A stretch of DNA of 64,000 bases, from positions 165,843 through 229,842 of the forward strand of contig CAZDIP010000002.1 in NCBI GenBank assembly GCA_964505635.1, read 5' to 3'. The stretch comes from an uncultured Candidatus Saccharibacteria bacterium. GTDB lineage: Bacteria > Patescibacteriota > Doudnabacteria > UBA920. The first letter of the stretch is position 1, and the number at the start of each line of letters is the position of its first letter. Shown piece after piece: positions 49,489 through 58,511 of the stretch. The position numbers were made by a program, and so were the translations under genes. Below the pieces are notes generated by a model. That model had not been told where the DNA came from, did not search any database, and worked only from the letters and a program-made list of their open reading frames with translations.

Positions 49489-49715
49489 TTTGTGGAGCGC
49501 CTAACCCCGCATAACTAGAAAACTCGTATGCGGGGCGTGGCGGGAAGTTTCCAATTCCCTTTGACAAATGAAAAAACTTTCACAAAATTGTGAAAGTTTT
49601 TTCATTGGAGCGGGTAATCCACCTACGCTAAAGCTTCGGCGGACAGGCGGGAAAAGTTCTCATTCCCACTGACAAAAAGAAAATGCCCGACCGTTGAGGT
49701 CAGGCATATTCTTTT
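49489..49715. repeat. two ~110-bp tandem repeat units, each beginning with a copy of the tRNA-Gly 3' end (TGGAGCG[GG/CC]TAA) and ending in a terminator-like hairpin
   Basis: unit1 49492-49600, unit2 49606-49715; shared GGCGGGAA(A)AGTT.C.ATTCCC..TGACAAA core; unit3 is the intact tRNA-Gly. Confidence 0.5.
49679..49715 (-). terminator. terminator hairpin downstream of tRNA-Gly
   Basis: atgcctgacc-tcaac-ggtcgggcat stem (with a G-U) followed by uuuuc on the minus strand. Confidence 0.45.
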
Positions 49716-49788
49716 GGAGCGGGTAACGGGAATCGAACCCGTGTCATTTGATTGGCAACCAAATGTACTACCATTGTACTATACCCGC
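49715..49788 (-). tRNA. tRNA-Gly (anticodon GCC)
   Basis: acceptor gcgggta/tacccgc, anticodon loop uuGCCaa, T-loop ttcgatt, CCA. Confidence 0.85.
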
Positions 49789-49789
49789 C

Positions 49790-50080
49790 TGGTGCCTCGG
49801 GTCAGAATCGAACTGACTACGCCAGCCTCTTCCAAGGCTTTTTTGGACTATATCATCATCCCGAAATTTTCGGGAGCTGGGCGCTTAGTACGGGATTATT
49901 GTTGGGACTCACCCGTTAGTCTCTACGCCTTTTCCGGCACCTTTGCCCGCCGGAACTTGGTTCGGGATTGTTATCTTTTAAGATAGTTTTTCCCGAGTTC
50001 ACCCAGTTTTTCTCAATCCACCTTGCGGCGGATGGCCCCAAAGATTTTAGGGCTGCGCTCTACCAATGAGCTACCGAGGC
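49790..50080 (-). tRNA. tRNA-Phe (anticodon GAA) interrupted by a group I intron in the anticodon loop
   Basis: 5' exon GCCTCGGTAGCTCATTGGTAGAGCGCAGCCCT (ends at U33); 3' exon GAAGAGGCTGGCGTAGTCAGTTCGATTCTGACCCGAGGCACCA; the spliced product closely matches canonical tRNA-Phe. Confidence 0.65.
49833..50048 (-). ncRNA. group I self-splicing intron (~216 nt)
   Basis: P1 between exon GCCCU and internal guide GGGGC (U.G at the splice site); P-like GCGGGCAAAGG, R-like GUAGAGACUAAC and S-like AUGAUAUAGUCC elements (P7 GACUA/UAGUC); terminal G before the 3' exon. Confidence 0.55.
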
Positions 50081-50105
50081 ACATAAATTATTTACGATTT
50101 TTGAG

Positions 50106-50182
<77 letters not shown>

Positions 50183-50212
50183 AAGTTTGCTTAGGGCTGC
50201 TTGCCTAATATA

Positions 50213-50551
50213 TCAAAAAAAGACTTTTTTGGCAATAGCTTTTGACAGTTCGGTTAATGCGTCAATGTTGTCTGCTTTTGAAGTTTTGCATTTAAAAATT
50301 TTGCCGCATTTTTGGCATTCATGCGTTAAAATATATTCGCCTTTTTCCATTTCTAAATTAATTGGCTTCATAAGCCCCCCGCATTTTTCCGCCCTGTCGC
50401 CGGGGTTTATGTCCACATGCAGGCTAAAAAGGCATTTAGGGCAATGGTTGGTGTAGCCGTTGCCTTTGACTTTAAACCCGCAGTTTTTGCAAATAAAATT
50501 TTCAGTTTTTTTGGTGAATTTTTTAAGCATGCTTTTATGGTATAGTAACAA
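50213..50551 (-). CDS. RNHCP-domain zinc-ribbon protein
   Basis: CKNCGF...GYTNHCPKC...CQKCG Cys pairs with the TNHCP motif. Confidence 0.5.
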   Translation of the reverse strand: MLLYHKSMLKKFTKKTENFICKNCGFKVKGNGYTNHCPKCLFSLHVDINPGDRAEKCGGLMKPINLEMEKGEYILTHECQKCGKIFKCKTSKADNIDALTELSKAIAKKVFF

Positions 50552-50669
50552 ATTCTTGAATAATAAAAAAGTGAGCTAGTATTTTAAAGTGTAAGACATA
50601 AGGCTTGAAAGAAAGTATAAAAAAGTCTATAATGCCCTAGTTATAGACAGAAAAAATCCTTAAATATTT

Positions 50670-50753
50670 GCCCAGGTGGTGGAATGGCATACACGTACGC
50701 TTGAGGTGCGTATTCCTTTTGGATTGAGGGTTCGAGTCCCTCCCTGGGCACCA
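50670..50753 (+). tRNA. tRNA-Leu (anticodon GAG)
   Basis: anticodon loop uuGAGgu, long variable arm, CCA; acceptor and T arms identical to tRNA-Leu(UAA) at 47144. Confidence 0.85.
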
Positions 50754-50754
50754 T

Positions 50755-50784
50755 AAAAATCCCAAAAATGCTTTTGGGATTTTT
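50755..50784 (+). terminator. rho-independent terminator
   Basis: aaaaatcccaaaa-atgc-ttttgggattttt. Confidence 0.55.
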
Positions 50785-50796
50785 ATGTGGCATGAG

Positions 50797-50831
50797 AAAA
50801 GCCGCGCGATCCTCCATGTCGCGCGGCTCTT
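50797..50831 (-). terminator. GC-rich hairpin terminator for the GC-rich hypothetical gene
   Basis: aagccgcgcga-tcctccatg-tcgcgcggctctt. Confidence 0.5.
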
Positions 50832-50846
50832 GGTTGTATAAGTAGG

Positions 50847-52319
50847 TTACCACCCGGACCGTTCTTTCCTGACAGCAATTACCATTTTGCGCAGTGGGTC
50901 GTTATCTTTTGGCATTCCTGCCCAGGTGGAAGTCGCTCCACCCATGAGGCGGCTCATGAGACAACCGTTGTTGCAACGAATTTTGGGATTCGTTTGAGCC
51001 GCCAGGCGACTCATTCCTCCCAGCAAGTAGTCTTCTACCTGCTGGATGCTTTCTATCCGAACAAGGTCGCTTACAGTATAGCGGTTCCAGTAGCAGGCTA
51101 GTTTGAGGCCAGGGAAGACGCCTGCTTCCCACGGCGTGACGGTTGCGGCTCCGGCGCCTTCAATCTTAACCTGTCCCCAGGTTTCGCCGGTGATGCCCAT
51201 CTGCGTATAGAAGCCGGCACCAATGTCTTCGTAGCAGCGCCAGAGTCCGTGGCCAGACATGGCCAAACACAGGCGATCTGGGTCTTTGTTATACAGTCGG
51301 ATTGCGGCTTCCAGGAGATCCCAGAAATGGTGCCGTGACGGGATAAACCGTTGATTGGCCGGTTTATCATGTTCGTCTAGGGCCCAAGTGACGATTTTGT
51401 GGATGTGAGGCAGGTCGTCCGGCGAAAACAATGCTTCGCCATTGGACGGGCTGCTCTGCGCCGGGTACGGGTTGAAAATCATGGACGGAAACTCAGCATG
51501 AGCCGCTGCCGCCATTTCCAACAAGTGTGGGACGTTGGTATGCTTGAACACCACGTTCCAGAGAATGCGCGAATTCGGAAATCCTTCTCGCAAGATACGC
51601 CGGGTGGCAGCGACGCCTGCAAGCAGTTTCTTTCGCGGCCCCTGGAATTTGTTGAGTTTGTTGTGCGCGGCGACCAGTTCTTCTTCTGTCATGGACAGAA
51701 CCTGAGCCAGATCGTCAGGGCTGGTGATGTGGTCAAAGCTGAAGGCAAATACTTTTGGAGGGTGTCGCTTCAACATGGCAACGAACCTGCCGGTTGTGTC
51801 GGATGCGATGCGCCAACCTACTGCTGTCAAGTTGGCACTTACATCATTTTCCTCGCACCACCGAAACCCTGGTTCGAGGTTGTTGAAGAGCTCGGTGTTG
51901 CCACCGAAAAAGTTCAACCCCTTTTTGCCGGAAACCACCCCTGCCTTGAATGCTTCCGATTGTGCTGTCGGCGCCTCCATACGCTCCATCAGTTCGTTGA
52001 ATTTTGTGCTGTTGACCCAAAAATTCCACGCTCTGATTTGGGCTTGGAAAATCATGTCAACGCGCTGGATGATCTCTCCAATAGGCGCGTAGCTTGCCGT
52101 CCGGATACCGGGATTTCTGACAGAAGCCCCGTCGCAGTCGTAGTCGTTTTGGGTTGGATTGCCTTGGTCGTCTGTAAGGACACAGTTGTAGTTACAGACC
52201 TCTCCTTCGCCGAAGCTTCCGTTGCCATGATCCGCCCACGCAGACACGAAGTTGATCTGTGCGGCTGCAGTTTCGGGATGAATGTAACCCTGTTCACGAA
52301 GTTTGTCTATAGCGCTCAT
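50847..52319 (-). CDS. hypothetical 490-aa protein, GC-rich (Cys motifs CNYNC and CNNGC; function unknown)
   Basis: long ORF with much higher GC than the genome background; no confident family assignment from sequence alone. Confidence 0.45.
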   Translation of the reverse strand: MSAIDKLREQGYIHPETAAAQINFVSAWADHGNGSFGEGEVCNYNCVLTDDQGNPTQNDYDCDGASVRNPGIRTASYAPIGEIIQRVDMIFQAQIRAWNFWVNSTKFNELMERMEAPTAQSEAFKAGVVSGKKGLNFFGGNTELFNNLEPGFRWCEENDVSANLTAVGWRIASDTTGRFVAMLKRHPPKVFAFSFDHITSPDDLAQVLSMTEEELVAAHNKLNKFQGPRKKLLAGVAATRRILREGFPNSRILWNVVFKHTNVPHLLEMAAAAHAEFPSMIFNPYPAQSSPSNGEALFSPDDLPHIHKIVTWALDEHDKPANQRFIPSRHHFWDLLEAAIRLYNKDPDRLCLAMSGHGLWRCYEDIGAGFYTQMGITGETWGQVKIEGAGAATVTPWEAGVFPGLKLACYWNRYTVSDLVRIESIQQVEDYLLGGMSRLAAQTNPKIRCNNGCLMSRLMGGATSTWAGMPKDNDPLRKMVIAVRKERSGW

Positions 52320-52468
52320 TGCTTTCTCCTACTTTCCTTTGAGATATACCCTCTTTGGTATTGGCCTTATTTTATTTCAAATCTTTAAATAGTTCAACCC
52401 TCCTTGACCCGGGAGTTGATACTGGATAAAATAATCAGGATCTAGAAGTACAATTACAGGGAGGTTTT

Positions 52469-53152
52469 ATGGCGAAAGCCGGTATCGTGGTGGTAAGTAA
52501 TACGCTTACGAATCACGCGCTCACTATCATGCGGGACAAGCGTACTAAGATGCGTGAGTTTCGTGAGGGGGCAATTTATTTGTCCCGAATCCTTGCTTAT
52601 GAGGTTGGTAAAACCTTTGAAGCCTCGAGCAAGACCATTGAAACCCCGCTCGGTCGTTTTGAGGGCCAAAGGCTCGTCTCGAGGGCTTCGATCGTTCCGG
52701 TCCATCGCGCGGGCGGCATCATGACTCAGCCGTTCATTGACATGTTGCCGACAGCAGACCAGGTGCTGGATGTTGGCGTTTATCGCGACGAACTCGATGG
52801 TTGCAGGCCAAAAGAGTATCTGAACAAAATCCCTGCTCGTATCAGCGGTCGTCGGGTTTATGTGGTGGTGGATCCAATGCTTGCGACCGCGGGATCCGCG
52901 ATTCACACTATTAGCCTTTTAAATAAGGCCGGTGCTCAAAGTGTTGTCTACGCGGGCATTGTGTCTGCACCCGAAGGAGTGAAAGCTCTTTTACAGGCGC
53001 ATCCAAACACCAAGGTTTTTACAGTCTCAGTGGATGAGTGCCTCAACGCCTCCAACTATATTGTAAAGGGGTTGGGCGACTTCGGTGACCGGATGAATGG
53101 TACGAGAGTATATGTTCGTAGAGTCAAACGTCTTGATGGTATGGCGGCTTAG
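52469..53152 (+). CDS. upp: uracil phosphoribosyltransferase
   Basis: VYVVVDPMLATAGS PRPP-binding motif and IVKGLGDFGDRMNGT C-terminal signature; RBS agggagg; GC-rich. Confidence 0.85.
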   Translation: MAKAGIVVVSNTLTNHALTIMRDKRTKMREFREGAIYLSRILAYEVGKTFEASSKTIETPLGRFEGQRLVSRASIVPVHRAGGIMTQPFIDMLPTADQVLDVGVYRDELDGCRPKEYLNKIPARISGRRVYVVVDPMLATAGSAIHTISLLNKAGAQSVVYAGIVSAPEGVKALLQAHPNTKVFTVSVDECLNASNYIVKGLGDFGDRMNGTRVYVRRVKRLDGMAA

Positions 53153-53242
53153 GCTATACAGATTTCTCGCTGGCGTGTGTGGGGCACGCTGGCGAGACTC
53201 GTTTTTTTATATTAAAATTAGAGTGCAATTAAGTTTATTTTT

Positions 53243-53818
53243 ATGTTTATCCCCGTAGTGTTAGGTTCAGTCAGAGACCAGCGCCGCAGCCTTGCTCCGG
53301 CGAAGTTATTGGTGGAAAAAATCAAAGCGGCCGGGCATGAGTCAGAACTTGTAGACTTTAAAGAAATGCCTTTGCCGTTTTTTGACCTTCCTACTGTGCC
53401 GGTGGCTTTAAAAGGAGTTTATCCAAACGAAAATGCGCAAAAATGGAGCAATGTCGCCCGCAGGGCTGATGCTTTGGTGTTAATAGTAAGCGAATACAAC
53501 CACGGCTATTCTGCGGTATTAAAGAACGCCCTTGACTGGCTGTATATGGAATTTAATAGAAAGCCCTTTGGCATGGTAGGCGTGTCGGACGGCAAATATG
53601 GCGGTATGCGCGCCATGGAAGCCTTGCGGCAGGTAATAGAAAATTTTGGCGCTGTAGCTATGCGCGAGGTGGTGGCATTTGGCCCGGTTCAGGATGCTTT
53701 TGATGCGGAAGGAAAATTGGTTGATGAAAGTTATTTAAAAAAGATTGACGGCCTTTTAAAAGTTTTAGTTGAATTTGCCCAAGCATTAAAGCCCATAAGG
53801 CCGGACTTAAAAGTTTAA
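53243..53818 (+). CDS. NAD(P)H-dependent FMN reductase family oxidoreductase
   Basis: flavodoxin-like pattern SEYNHGYSAVLKNALDW. Confidence 0.7.
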   Translation: MFIPVVLGSVRDQRRSLAPAKLLVEKIKAAGHESELVDFKEMPLPFFDLPTVPVALKGVYPNENAQKWSNVARRADALVLIVSEYNHGYSAVLKNALDWLYMEFNRKPFGMVGVSDGKYGGMRAMEALRQVIENFGAVAMREVVAFGPVQDAFDAEGKLVDESYLKKIDGLLKVLVEFAQALKPIRPDLKV

Positions 53819-53846
53819 AGTTACTTTATTGATTGAAATATTTTTT

Positions 53847-53882
53847 ATCAACTTTTTTACGCAATTGCGTAAAAAAGTTGAT
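53847..53882. promoter_or_regulatory. perfect 36-bp palindrome ATCAACTTTTTTACGCAATTGCGTAAAAAAGTTGAT between convergent genes
   Basis: 16-bp arms around an AATT centre; T/A runs lie inside the arms rather than trailing them. Confidence 0.4.
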
Positions 53883-53989
53883 AAACTGAGATTGTTGAAA
53901 GTTTAAATAAGAGTTATTAGCCCGCAAAAATCAAATTTAATGGGGGCTGATTTTGAATCAACGCAATAATTACTATTTTAATTTAGCTG

Positions 53990-54970
53990 TTAAGTTACTT
54001 TCCACTTGCCGGATTCATCTTTCACGAGTTTGCCAACTACAGAAAACCCCGCGGCCAGCCTATGCCCCCCGCCACCGAAGGTTTTTGCCAGAGCAGAGAC
54101 GTCGGTGTTTTTAAATTCATCGCTTCTTAAACTGGCTTTAATAACCGGGCCGTCCTGGCGTAAAAATATTGCGCATTTGGCTTCCGGCACCTTATTTAGC
54201 GTTTCCGCCAAGCCGTCGAACGCGGTTTGGGACAGGTTTTGGAATCCTGTTAAATCCTTGTCAGTCATGACAGAGTAAATAATTTTTTCTTTTTTGTCGT
54301 AGTGGGTGTTTTCTAAAGCCTTGCCCCAGGCTTTTAAGCCGGGCGCATCTTTGCTTTTATAGGCATTGGTAATTATTAAATTAATTTGCCCGCCTTTGCG
54401 AACCAGTTCAGCTGAGGCTTTTAGAGTGCTTGCTTGAGTATTGCTATGTTTAAAACATCCAGTGTCGGTAATAATGCCGCAGAGTAAGCATGTGGCAATA
54501 TCTTTTGTAATTCCCCAGTTATTATAAATAAAAAAATCGTAAACTAGTTCGGCAACCGAAGATTTGTTTTTATCCACCAGGTTTATGTCGCCAAACAGTT
54601 TGTTGTCGGGGTGGTGATCAATGTTCAAAATTTTTAAATCAGGACTAAATTTTTTAAGTTCAGTGATTGTGGTCAAACCGGTTCGTTCTAAATTTGAACA
54701 ACCGCAGGCTATTAGCAGATCAAAATTATTGGTAGTTATGTCTTCCTGAATTTTTTGGCTGCCTGGCAAGAATGCCAAAGAGGGTGGCACGCCTTTTTTA
54801 ATAACTACCGTTACTTTTTTCCCCATTTTTACCAACTGGTGGTACAAGGCTAAAATACTGCCTCCGTCGTCGCCGTCCATTCTTTCGTGCATGGTGAGAA
54901 GAATATTGCCGGAGGAATTTATAAGTTTTGTAGCTTGCTCAAAGTGTTCAATCATATTTGTAAAATTCAA
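53990..54970 (-). CDS. nrnA: bifunctional oligoribonuclease/pAp phosphatase NrnA (DHH-DHHA1)
   Basis: DHH motifs HERMDGDDGGS, NIDHHPDN and DHHA1 GGGGHRLAAG. Confidence 0.8.
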   Translation of the reverse strand: MNFTNMIEHFEQATKLINSSGNILLTMHERMDGDDGGSILALYHQLVKMGKKVTVVIKKGVPPSLAFLPGSQKIQEDITTNNFDLLIACGCSNLERTGLTTITELKKFSPDLKILNIDHHPDNKLFGDINLVDKNKSSVAELVYDFFIYNNWGITKDIATCLLCGIITDTGCFKHSNTQASTLKASAELVRKGGQINLIITNAYKSKDAPGLKAWGKALENTHYDKKEKIIYSVMTDKDLTGFQNLSQTAFDGLAETLNKVPEAKCAIFLRQDGPVIKASLRSDEFKNTDVSALAKTFGGGGHRLAAGFSVVGKLVKDESGKWKVT

Positions 54971-54999
54971 AATTTGGATATCTGTTTCGGGTTTTGAAT

Positions 55000-55368
55000 T
55001 TAGGGTTTAGGACTTTCTTCCTGGTGCACTTTCCGTATTAGTTCGTCGACATGTTCTACATATCTTGGGCTGGTATCCAAATAAAAGCTAATTCGGGGAA
55101 AAATTTTGGTTTTCATTGCGTTATTCAAGCGTCCCTGAATTTCATATATATTCTCGGATAAAAATTTTAATATTGCTTCATCTTTGCCGCCTAAAATTGA
55201 AATCCAGATTTTTGCCCATTTCATGTCTCCGCTGGTTTCTACGCGGCTTATGGTAACCAAGCCGTTTTGACCTTCTAAATATTCGTGCAGCACCGGTCCT
55301 AATACATGTTCAATTAGAGAATTAATCCTGGCAATACGGTTGGTGTTTTTAGGTTGTTGTTTTTTCAT
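55000..55368 (-). CDS. rbfA: ribosome-binding factor A
   Basis: KH-like RbfA pattern; follows infB. Confidence 0.85.
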   Translation of the reverse strand: MKKQQPKNTNRIARINSLIEHVLGPVLHEYLEGQNGLVTISRVETSGDMKWAKIWISILGGKDEAILKFLSENIYEIQGRLNNAMKTKIFPRISFYLDTSPRYVEHVDELIRKVHQEESPKP

Positions 55369-55523
55369 AAAAGTTGTCAGCTTTCTATATTAATGGGGGA
55401 ATTACATTCATTATATCAAGTGTAAGACTAACCATTATATCCCACGAGCCAACTTTTTTCAATACCAATATTAAACCCCCGATTTAAGGGGGTTTAATGT
55501 CAAAGTTAAAGCCTGTAAATTAT

Positions 55524-57452
55524 CTACAAAGTTTTAAGTTTAATTTTTTCTTCAAAACTTTCCAATACGTCACCTTCTTGAATTTTTATCGGGCTTTTGA
55601 TTTTCATTCCAAATTCATTGCCTTTTTCTATGGTTTTAGCCGCGACTTTGTTGTGCTGCAGTTCTAATATTTCGCCGGTACCAATTTCTTTATCTTGTCT
55701 CCAAATGGCAATTTTGCCAATTTTTTTAATTTCTCCTTCCTCAGCCTTGCCGCCTATGATCATCAGGTTTTTTTCTGTTCTAAAAATAGCCATCACTTTT
55801 CCTTTACCGTGAGTGATTTTTTCCGTTTCCGGGGCAAACATTTTTATAACCGCGCTGGTTACGTCTTCTAAAAGTTCGTAAATTACCTGGTATTCATCTA
55901 TAACAATATTTTTTTGCCTGGCTAAAGAGGCGGCTTTGGGGTTAACCTTGGATCTAAATGAAATTATCTCAGATTTACTGGAAGCAGCTAAAAGTACGTC
56001 AGACTCGTTAATCTCGCCAACGCCTTCGCTTAAAACATTTATTTTTACCTCGTCATTCTTTAATTTGGCAATGGATTGTTTTATGGCTTCCAGTGAGCCG
56101 GCTACATCTGTTTTTATTATTAAATTTAATGTCTTATTTTCCAAATCCCCGACCAGAGACTGTTTGGAAGACAGTTTGTGACTGCGGTTTTTCTTTTGGG
56201 ATATGCTGGCTATTTGTTTAGCCTCGTCCAAAGTTTCAACAGTCTGCAAGATATCCCCGGCCATAGGGGTTTCGCTAAAACCTGAAATTTGCGCGGGGGT
56301 GGAAGGTTTGGCTTCTTTGAGTTTGCGCCCGGTTTCGTCTTCCAGGCTGCGGACGCGACCAAAAGCAGCGCCGGCTACAATAATATCCCCGACTCTTAAC
56401 GTGCCGTTTTGGACAATTACCGTGGCGGTACTGCCTTTGCCGTGCATAATTCGGGATTCAATAATTGTTCCTACTGTTTTGCCTTGGGGGTTGGCTTTTA
56501 AATCTTCCAGTTCCGCTGTTAACAGAATCATTTCGAGTAAATTGTCTAATCCGAGATTTTGCTTGGCTGAAATTTCACAAGCAATGGTTTTTCCTCCCCA
56601 TTCTTCCGTTAGCACATTTTGTGCGGCCAACTCTTGTTTTACGCGCATAACATTGGCATCCGGCTTGTCTACTTTGTTTATTGCTACTATCATGGGGGTG
56701 CCTGAAAATTGAGCGCGCTTAATGACTTCCAGGGTTTGAGGCCTTACTCCGTCGTCTGCAGCAACCACCAAAACAATAATATCTGTAACGTTTGCGCCTC
56801 TGGCGCGCATTTCTGAAAAGGCTTCGTGTCCGGGTGTGTCCAAGAATGTTATCCATTTATCGTTCTTTTTTACCCGGTAGGCGCCGATGTGCTGGGTAAT
56901 CCCCCCGCTTTCGCCTTCAGCCACACGAGTTTTGCGGATGGTGTCTAGTAAAGTGGTTTTACCGTGGTCAACATGACCCATAATTGTAACTATGGGAGGC
57001 CTAAGTTTAAGATTTTCCTGGTTTTCGCTTTTTATAACCTGTTCTAAAAATCCGGATCCAAAATCCTGTTGGTTGGTATCGGCTTCGGTTTCCACTTCAA
57101 AGCCCAAATCTTGAGCCACAATGCTTGCGGTTTCAAAATCAACTTCCTCATTAATGGTGGCCATAATTCCGTTTTTAATGAGTTCTTTTATAACGTCCAC
57201 TACCGGCAGCTTAAGCAGCAAAGCAAAATCTTTAACTTTAATATAGCTGGGGAGTTTAACTTTTTGCGGGACAGATTCCGTTTTGGCAGTTTTAGTTTGA
57301 GTGTTTACCGACAGAGCTTCGGTAAGTTTTTTGGCTAGAAAGTTGTCTACTTTGTTGGCTTTGGGCGAAATAAAAATCCCCTTCTCCCTGGCTTTTTGGC
57401 GAAGTTCCTGAATGGACATGTTTAATTGTGAGGAGAGCGAGGAAAGATTCAT
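55524..57452 (-). CDS. infB: translation initiation factor IF-2
   Basis: G-domain [24 protein letters not shown]. Confidence 0.93.
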   Translation of the reverse strand: MNLSSLSSQLNMSIQELRQKAREKGIFISPKANKVDNFLAKKLTEALSVNTQTKTAKTESVPQKVKLPSYIKVKDFALLLKLPVVDVIKELIKNGIMATINEEVDFETASIVAQDLGFEVETEADTNQQDFGSGFLEQVIKSENQENLKLRPPIVTIMGHVDHGKTTLLDTIRKTRVAEGESGGITQHIGAYRVKKNDKWITFLDTPGHEAFSEMRARGANVTDIIVLVVAADDGVRPQTLEVIKRAQFSGTPMIVAINKVDKPDANVMRVKQELAAQNVLTEEWGGKTIACEISAKQNLGLDNLLEMILLTAELEDLKANPQGKTVGTIIESRIMHGKGSTATVIVQNGTLRVGDIIVAGAAFGRVRSLEDETGRKLKEAKPSTPAQISGFSETPMAGDILQTVETLDEAKQIASISQKKNRSHKLSSKQSLVGDLENKTLNLIIKTDVAGSLEAIKQSIAKLKNDEVKINVLSEGVGEINESDVLLAASSKSEIISFRSKVNPKAASLARQKNIVIDEYQVIYELLEDVTSAVIKMFAPETEKITHGKGKVMAIFRTEKNLMIIGGKAEEGEIKKIGKIAIWRQDKEIGTGEILELQHNKVAAKTIEKGNEFGMKIKSPIKIQEGDVLESFEEKIKLKTL

Positions 57453-57564
57453 TTTAAACTAGATTTTTCAATTAAGCTTATTAACCATACCAGAAAACCT
57501 TGATAAAATCAAGGTAGAAAGCGAAATCAAAAATTGAAAAAAAATTTTAAACTAAAAAGAGGTT

Positions 57565-58407
57565 TTAAAAAGTTCTGTTTTTCCCGACAATCATCCTAAG
57601 CCGTTGCGGAATAATTTCTACCGTTGAGGGAAACTTGGCAACAATTCTTCCCAGCATGGACAAGGGAGTCCCTCGGGGTTCTATAAATTCAATTTTTTTA
57701 CATTTTATAACCGTGGTTTTGGGAACATTTTCCAAAACCCCTTCCGCAATATCCCGCCTGTATTGCAAAATTTGAAATTTATTAAGCGGTTCTAAAATTA
57801 GCAAATCCAAATGACTGTCCGTGGGATTGGCTATGTTGTGGGATTTGGCAGAGGTAGAGCGAATGTTTACCGCAAGTCCCCCCAGAGCCGAGAGGGTTAC
57901 GTTGTACGAGTCGTCTATTCTTATGGTTAGGCTTTTCGGCTCATTGGACAAAAGTTTGAGAGCAGACCATAATCCAACGCTTTTTAAATTTTGACTAAGA
58001 GCCCCAAATTCCAAATAACTAATGAAGTAGTTGCCGGCAATTTTTGCCAGGTCAATTTTTTCAATCCTCCGGGCAGCTAAAGTTTTGGCTCCCCCAAAAA
58101 CCCCTTCAATTCCCAGGATTTTACCTAAGAAAGAATTGTCGTCAAAGGGAATAAAGCCTAATGTAAAATCGCGGCCTTTTAACGCGGCCAACATTAAATT
58201 AAAGGTGTCGTCTGAGCCACAGGCAACTAAGGTTTTAACGCCTCTTTGGCTGGCGGTTTCCACCAAATCTTGCACAGTTCTTAAGGGTGTAACCCTAGCC
58301 ATTTCTCCAGAAATTTTGAATTCAGCCAAAAGACCGTGCAGTTCGTTTTGCAAGCGTTCAAATTTATCTATGGCCAGGCCGTTTTGGTCAAGTATGTAGT
58401 AATACAT
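57565..58407 (-). CDS. diacylglycerol-kinase-catalytic-domain (YegS/BmrU-like) protein with degenerate GGDGT motif
   Basis: LVACGSDDTFNLMLAAL in place of the canonical ...GGDGT... Confidence 0.45.
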   Translation of the reverse strand: MYYYILDQNGLAIDKFERLQNELHGLLAEFKISGEMARVTPLRTVQDLVETASQRGVKTLVACGSDDTFNLMLAALKGRDFTLGFIPFDDNSFLGKILGIEGVFGGAKTLAARRIEKIDLAKIAGNYFISYLEFGALSQNLKSVGLWSALKLLSNEPKSLTIRIDDSYNVTLSALGGLAVNIRSTSAKSHNIANPTDSHLDLLILEPLNKFQILQYRRDIAEGVLENVPKTTVIKCKKIEFIEPRGTPLSMLGRIVAKFPSTVEIIPQRLRMIVGKNRTF

Positions 58408-58511
58408 TGGGATAAACTAACAACAGATAATTAATAACCCATAACCACCATAGATAACTGATTCTTTGCCGCACTATCAGTTATCAATTATTGGTTATGA
58501 GTTAATCTGAA

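Noticed and set aside
50641-50853. 70-aa minus-strand ORF
   Set aside because: Completely overlaps the well-formed tRNA-Leu(GAG) gene and its terminator.
52454-52906. 150-aa minus-strand ORF
   Set aside because: Antisense to the clearly identified upp gene; a GC-rich frame artefact.
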